A DNA stretch of 64,000 bases from Octopus vulgaris (taxonomy: Eukaryota): the NCBI GenBank assembly GCA_951406725.2, contig OX597831.1, positions 68,262,001-68,326,000 of the forward strand. The letters run 5' to 3'. The position numbers and the translations under genes are program-made. Shown here one piece after another: positions 62,751 through 64,000 of the stretch (positions within the stretch are counted from its first letter, which is position 1; each line of letters opens with the position of its first letter). The notes beneath the pieces were generated by a model. The model did no database searches and was not told where the DNA came from. It saw only the letters and a list, made by a program, of their open reading frames with translations.

Positions 62751-64000
62751 TTCATTCTGATAATTTTCTTTTCTACGCAACATCATTGCCCATTCTAGGG
62801 TAGATATCTTAGAAAATTAATACTTCAGAATGAGTTGTGGAAATTAGTTACAAATAATGAGCTTGCAATGCCTGAGGATAATCGGGATAAAGCTTTGATT
62901 CTGAGACCTCTTTCCTAGTTAAGTAAGACATTCATTGCCTCATAAATAGCCATGGAATAAGATTTTATCCATGGTAAATTATTGTACACAAATCAAGATT
63001 TTGATCTAAAGTTATCTTTATCATGAGTTTCAGATCAAGCTCTGAAGCTGACTACTTGTAGCAATTTTTCTTCCCACTTCTTGAGGCAATAAAGAAAATT
63101 GAGCACCTGACATAAGATCAACAAATCACTGTATCTCATGTTTCTTACTGTAGAAGCATTATTTTGACTGGATACCAATATGCAGCAAGCCGGACCGAGA
63201 CAAAAAGAATTACCAAGTATCACAGTTCATAAATGGGGAAACTCAATCCATACGATGTTAGTCTGATCATGTTTCTGATGAACAGCAGCAATGAAGTTGT
63301 AAATGTAATTCAGATGTCCTATATGAGAAATCTCTCAACATAACCAGTATTATAGTTATACAGATATTCTCGTCAAGGGGACCTGAAATAGATCAATTTA
63401 TAAAGAGATTTGAATGGAATATTAGACATAATAAGCTAAATTAACTGGTTTCAAAATATCTTTGATGTATATATGAGAATAGAAAAAATAATTTCATTTA
63501 TAGGATTTCACATACAATAGACACCTACATTCATGCACACATACATATACATACTAACACAGATACACTCTTAAATAATATTTTATGTTGCTTTACAAGG
63601 AAAAGATTTCTTTGATATATTTATTAATATCTTGAGTAATTATGAATATTTTCTCTAGTGTAGGTTTAGCAAGTGTTTTTTTTTCTCTTACAGAATATAA
63701 AATAAAACATAAAATGAAGATAAGTCACTATGGATGAAAATTATTGGCAATTTTCTGTCATATTTTATGTTGAATATGTAGACTTCTGTAATATTTCTTG
63801 TTTATTTTCAATTTTCTGCAATCTGTTTGATTAAACATGTAATATATTGTGTTAATGTTATGTTGCTAATAATGACAAATTTTGAAATATTCCATTTCGT
63901 TTTTGGATTTGGTTTGCAAGATTCTTTATATGAGTTCGTGTGTTGAAGCATATTCTGTTGTGTCAGGGGAGAGTCATTCTCTTTTAGTGCCTTATTATTT

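Overview
AT-rich eukaryotic non-coding DNA, either intergenic or deep intronic. The SINE and LINE repertoire looks like an octopus/cephalopod genome (inference, no database search possible). I found no convincing host protein-coding exon; nearly all listed ORFs are microsatellite translations or decayed transposon frames. The window holds more than 25 tRNA-derived SINE copies from three head types (labelled A, B and C here), and each head occurs with alternative 3' tails. It also holds decayed LINEs (RTE, BovB-like RTE, CR1-like, Dong/R4), two mariner/Tc1-type remnants, hAT and piggyBac MITEs, a GG-terminal MITE carrying TTAGGG repeats, a probable non-autonomous Helitron and a ~4.7 kb degenerate 37-bp satellite. 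The most interesting signals are three unrelated type-I hammerhead ribozyme motifs in small non-coding elements. One lies in a 484-bp unit with a terminal direct repeat (retrozyme or Penelope pLTR-like) and one has a swapped G3-C8 core. Also notable are a SINE/LINE 3' stem-loop match with compensatory changes and a PHD finger inside an RTE reverse transcriptase. Coordinates were read by eye and may be a few bases off.
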